This document shows positions 63,136 through 64,000 of a stretch of 64,000 nt of DNA, in pieces. A program made the position numbers and the translations under genes. The stretch is taken from positions 8,175-72,174 of the forward strand of contig JAGCUN010000012.1 in NCBI GenBank assembly GCA_017962845.1, written 5' to 3'. The stretch is from Bacteroidales bacterium. Lineage in GTDB: Bacteria > Bacteroidota > Bacteroidia > Bacteroidales > WCHB1-69. Within the stretch, counting starts at the first letter, position 1, and the number at the start of each line of letters is the position of its first letter. The notes below the pieces were generated by a model. That model was not told the DNA's origin. It did no database searches and worked only from the letters and a program-made list of their open reading frames with translations.

Positions 63136-63624
63136 CTATTTTTCTTCATCATATACTTCAAGATTGCTCAGCTCTTTTCCGTTGATGTCGAGCCGCAGGA
63201 AGGTGAGGCGCGTGTGGTGTCCAAATCGGGAGGCAGATCCCGGATTGATGAAAAGCAGGTTGTGTGGCGGGTCGTGCATCACCTTGAGGATGTGCGAATG
63301 TCCGGCGATGAAGATGGTGGGATGTTCCGCTTGGATGAGTTTCAGGGCTGGTGTAGAGTAGTAGTGCCCGTTGCCCACGATGTGCATCATCGCCACTTTG
63401 TGCTGTTCGCAGGGAAACACCAGCGATTCGGTGGTTCTGCTGCGGATGTCCCAGTCGTCGCAGTTGCCATACACGGCGCGCACGGGTGCGATGAGGTTGA
63501 GCTCGTCCAATACCTCCTCCCGGCCGATGTCGCCGGCGTGCCAGATCTCATCGCACGGTTTGAAAAACTCGAATAGTTTCGGGTGTACGTAACCATGTGT
63601 GTCTGAGATGATTCCAATTTTCAT
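63136..63624 (-). CDS. YfcE/MJ0936-type metallophosphoesterase
   Basis: MKIGIISDTHG, GDIG, GNCD, GHSH motifs. Confidence 0.85.
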   Translation of the reverse strand: MKIGIISDTHGYVHPKLFEFFKPCDEIWHAGDIGREEVLDELNLIAPVRAVYGNCDDWDIRSRTTESLVFPCEQHKVAMMHIVGNGHYYSTPALKLIQAEHPTIFIAGHSHILKVMHDPPHNLLFINPGSASRFGHHTRLTFLRLDINGKELSNLEVYDEEK

Positions 63625-63653
63625 GGTGGTATTTTTGTCGGGATAATTATAAT

Positions 63654-63684
63654 AAGAGATGAGCGGAAGAATCGCTCATCTCTT
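63654..63684. terminator. Hairpin between the ridA stop and the phosphoesterase start
   Basis: 12-bp perfect stem AAGAGATGAGCG/CGCTCATCTCTT with AT-rich flanks. Confidence 0.45.
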
Positions 63685-63706
63685 CATCGTGTTTCCGAAA
63701 GTCAGG

Positions 63707-64000
63707 TTACTTTACAGCCACGGTTTCGATTTCCACCATCACGCCCATAGGAAGTGCCTTGACGGCGAAGGCGGCGCGGGCGGGCGGGTTGGTGCTGTAA
63801 TATTTGGCATAAACCTCGTTCATGGGTTTGAAGTTGGCCATGTCGCTGAGCAGGCAGGTCGATTTCACTACGTCGGCGAAGGTGTAGCCGGCCTCTTCGA
63901 GAATGGCGCCGATGTTCTTCATCACCTGTTCGGTCTGTTCTTCAATGGTGTCGGCGACCTTGCCGGTGGCGGGATCTACCGGAATCTGACCGGAGATGTA
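63707..64000 (-). CDS. ridA: RidA/YjgF family reactive-intermediate deaminase, C-terminal part; gene runs off right edge
   Basis: The frame is open to position 64000. YISGQIPVDPATGKV...ARAAFAVKALPMGVMVEIETVAV is a canonical RidA sequence. Confidence 0.85.
   Translation of the reverse strand, partial: YISGQIPVDPATGKVADTIEEQTEQVMKNIGAILEEAGYTFADVVKSTCLLSDMANFKPMNEVYAKYYSTNPPARAAFAVKALPMGVMVEIETVAVK

Overview
This 64-kb chromosomal segment looks Bacteroidota/Bacteroidales. Evidence: TAnnTTTG -7 promoter boxes, almost no Shine-Dalgarno usage, a long-form YidC, an rplM-rpsI-rpsB-tsf block, and six proteins ending in type IX secretion (T9SS) C-terminal sorting domains. There are about 60 genes at high coding density. 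Strong GC3 bias produces many long antisense 'shadow' ORFs, which I rejected. Housekeeping genes: yidC, thiL, phoH, ribosomal proteins L13/S9/S2, tsf, tRNA-Asp, lpxB, trmH-like, uvrB, umuDC, ridA. Secreted or degradative genes: esterase, S8 peptidase, PNGase-F-like protein, GH89 alpha-N-acetylglucosaminidase, prolyl oligopeptidase, C69 dipeptidase, serpin, EEP nuclease. Three accessory patches stand out. (1) 20.1-28.9 kb holds HigBA, three ORF6N-domain genes, and several GC-rich repeat/palindrome families. Two of the ORF6N genes form a mosaic 1.1-kb direct duplication bracketing the GH89 gene and carry a C-terminal HxR PLD-like module. (2) 35.3-38.4 kb is an AT-rich, tRNA-Asp-adjacent four-gene minus-strand operon. 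It encodes a 756-aa protein with a PD-(D/E)xK-like motif and TPR repeats, plus three micro-ORFs, two of which have duplicated strong GGAGG leaders. This is my best candidate for an undescribed system. (3) 49.4-60.0 kb is a cassette-like array of T9SS cargo genes, receiver-less membrane LytTR regulators (one frameshifted, one with an extra wHTH, one 3' remnant) and DUF4143-type ATPases. These are tied together by a thrice-repeated bidirectional regulatory module with 22-bp-phased direct repeats. All functional calls rest on motif and architecture recognition by eye. No database search, structure prediction or statistics were run.
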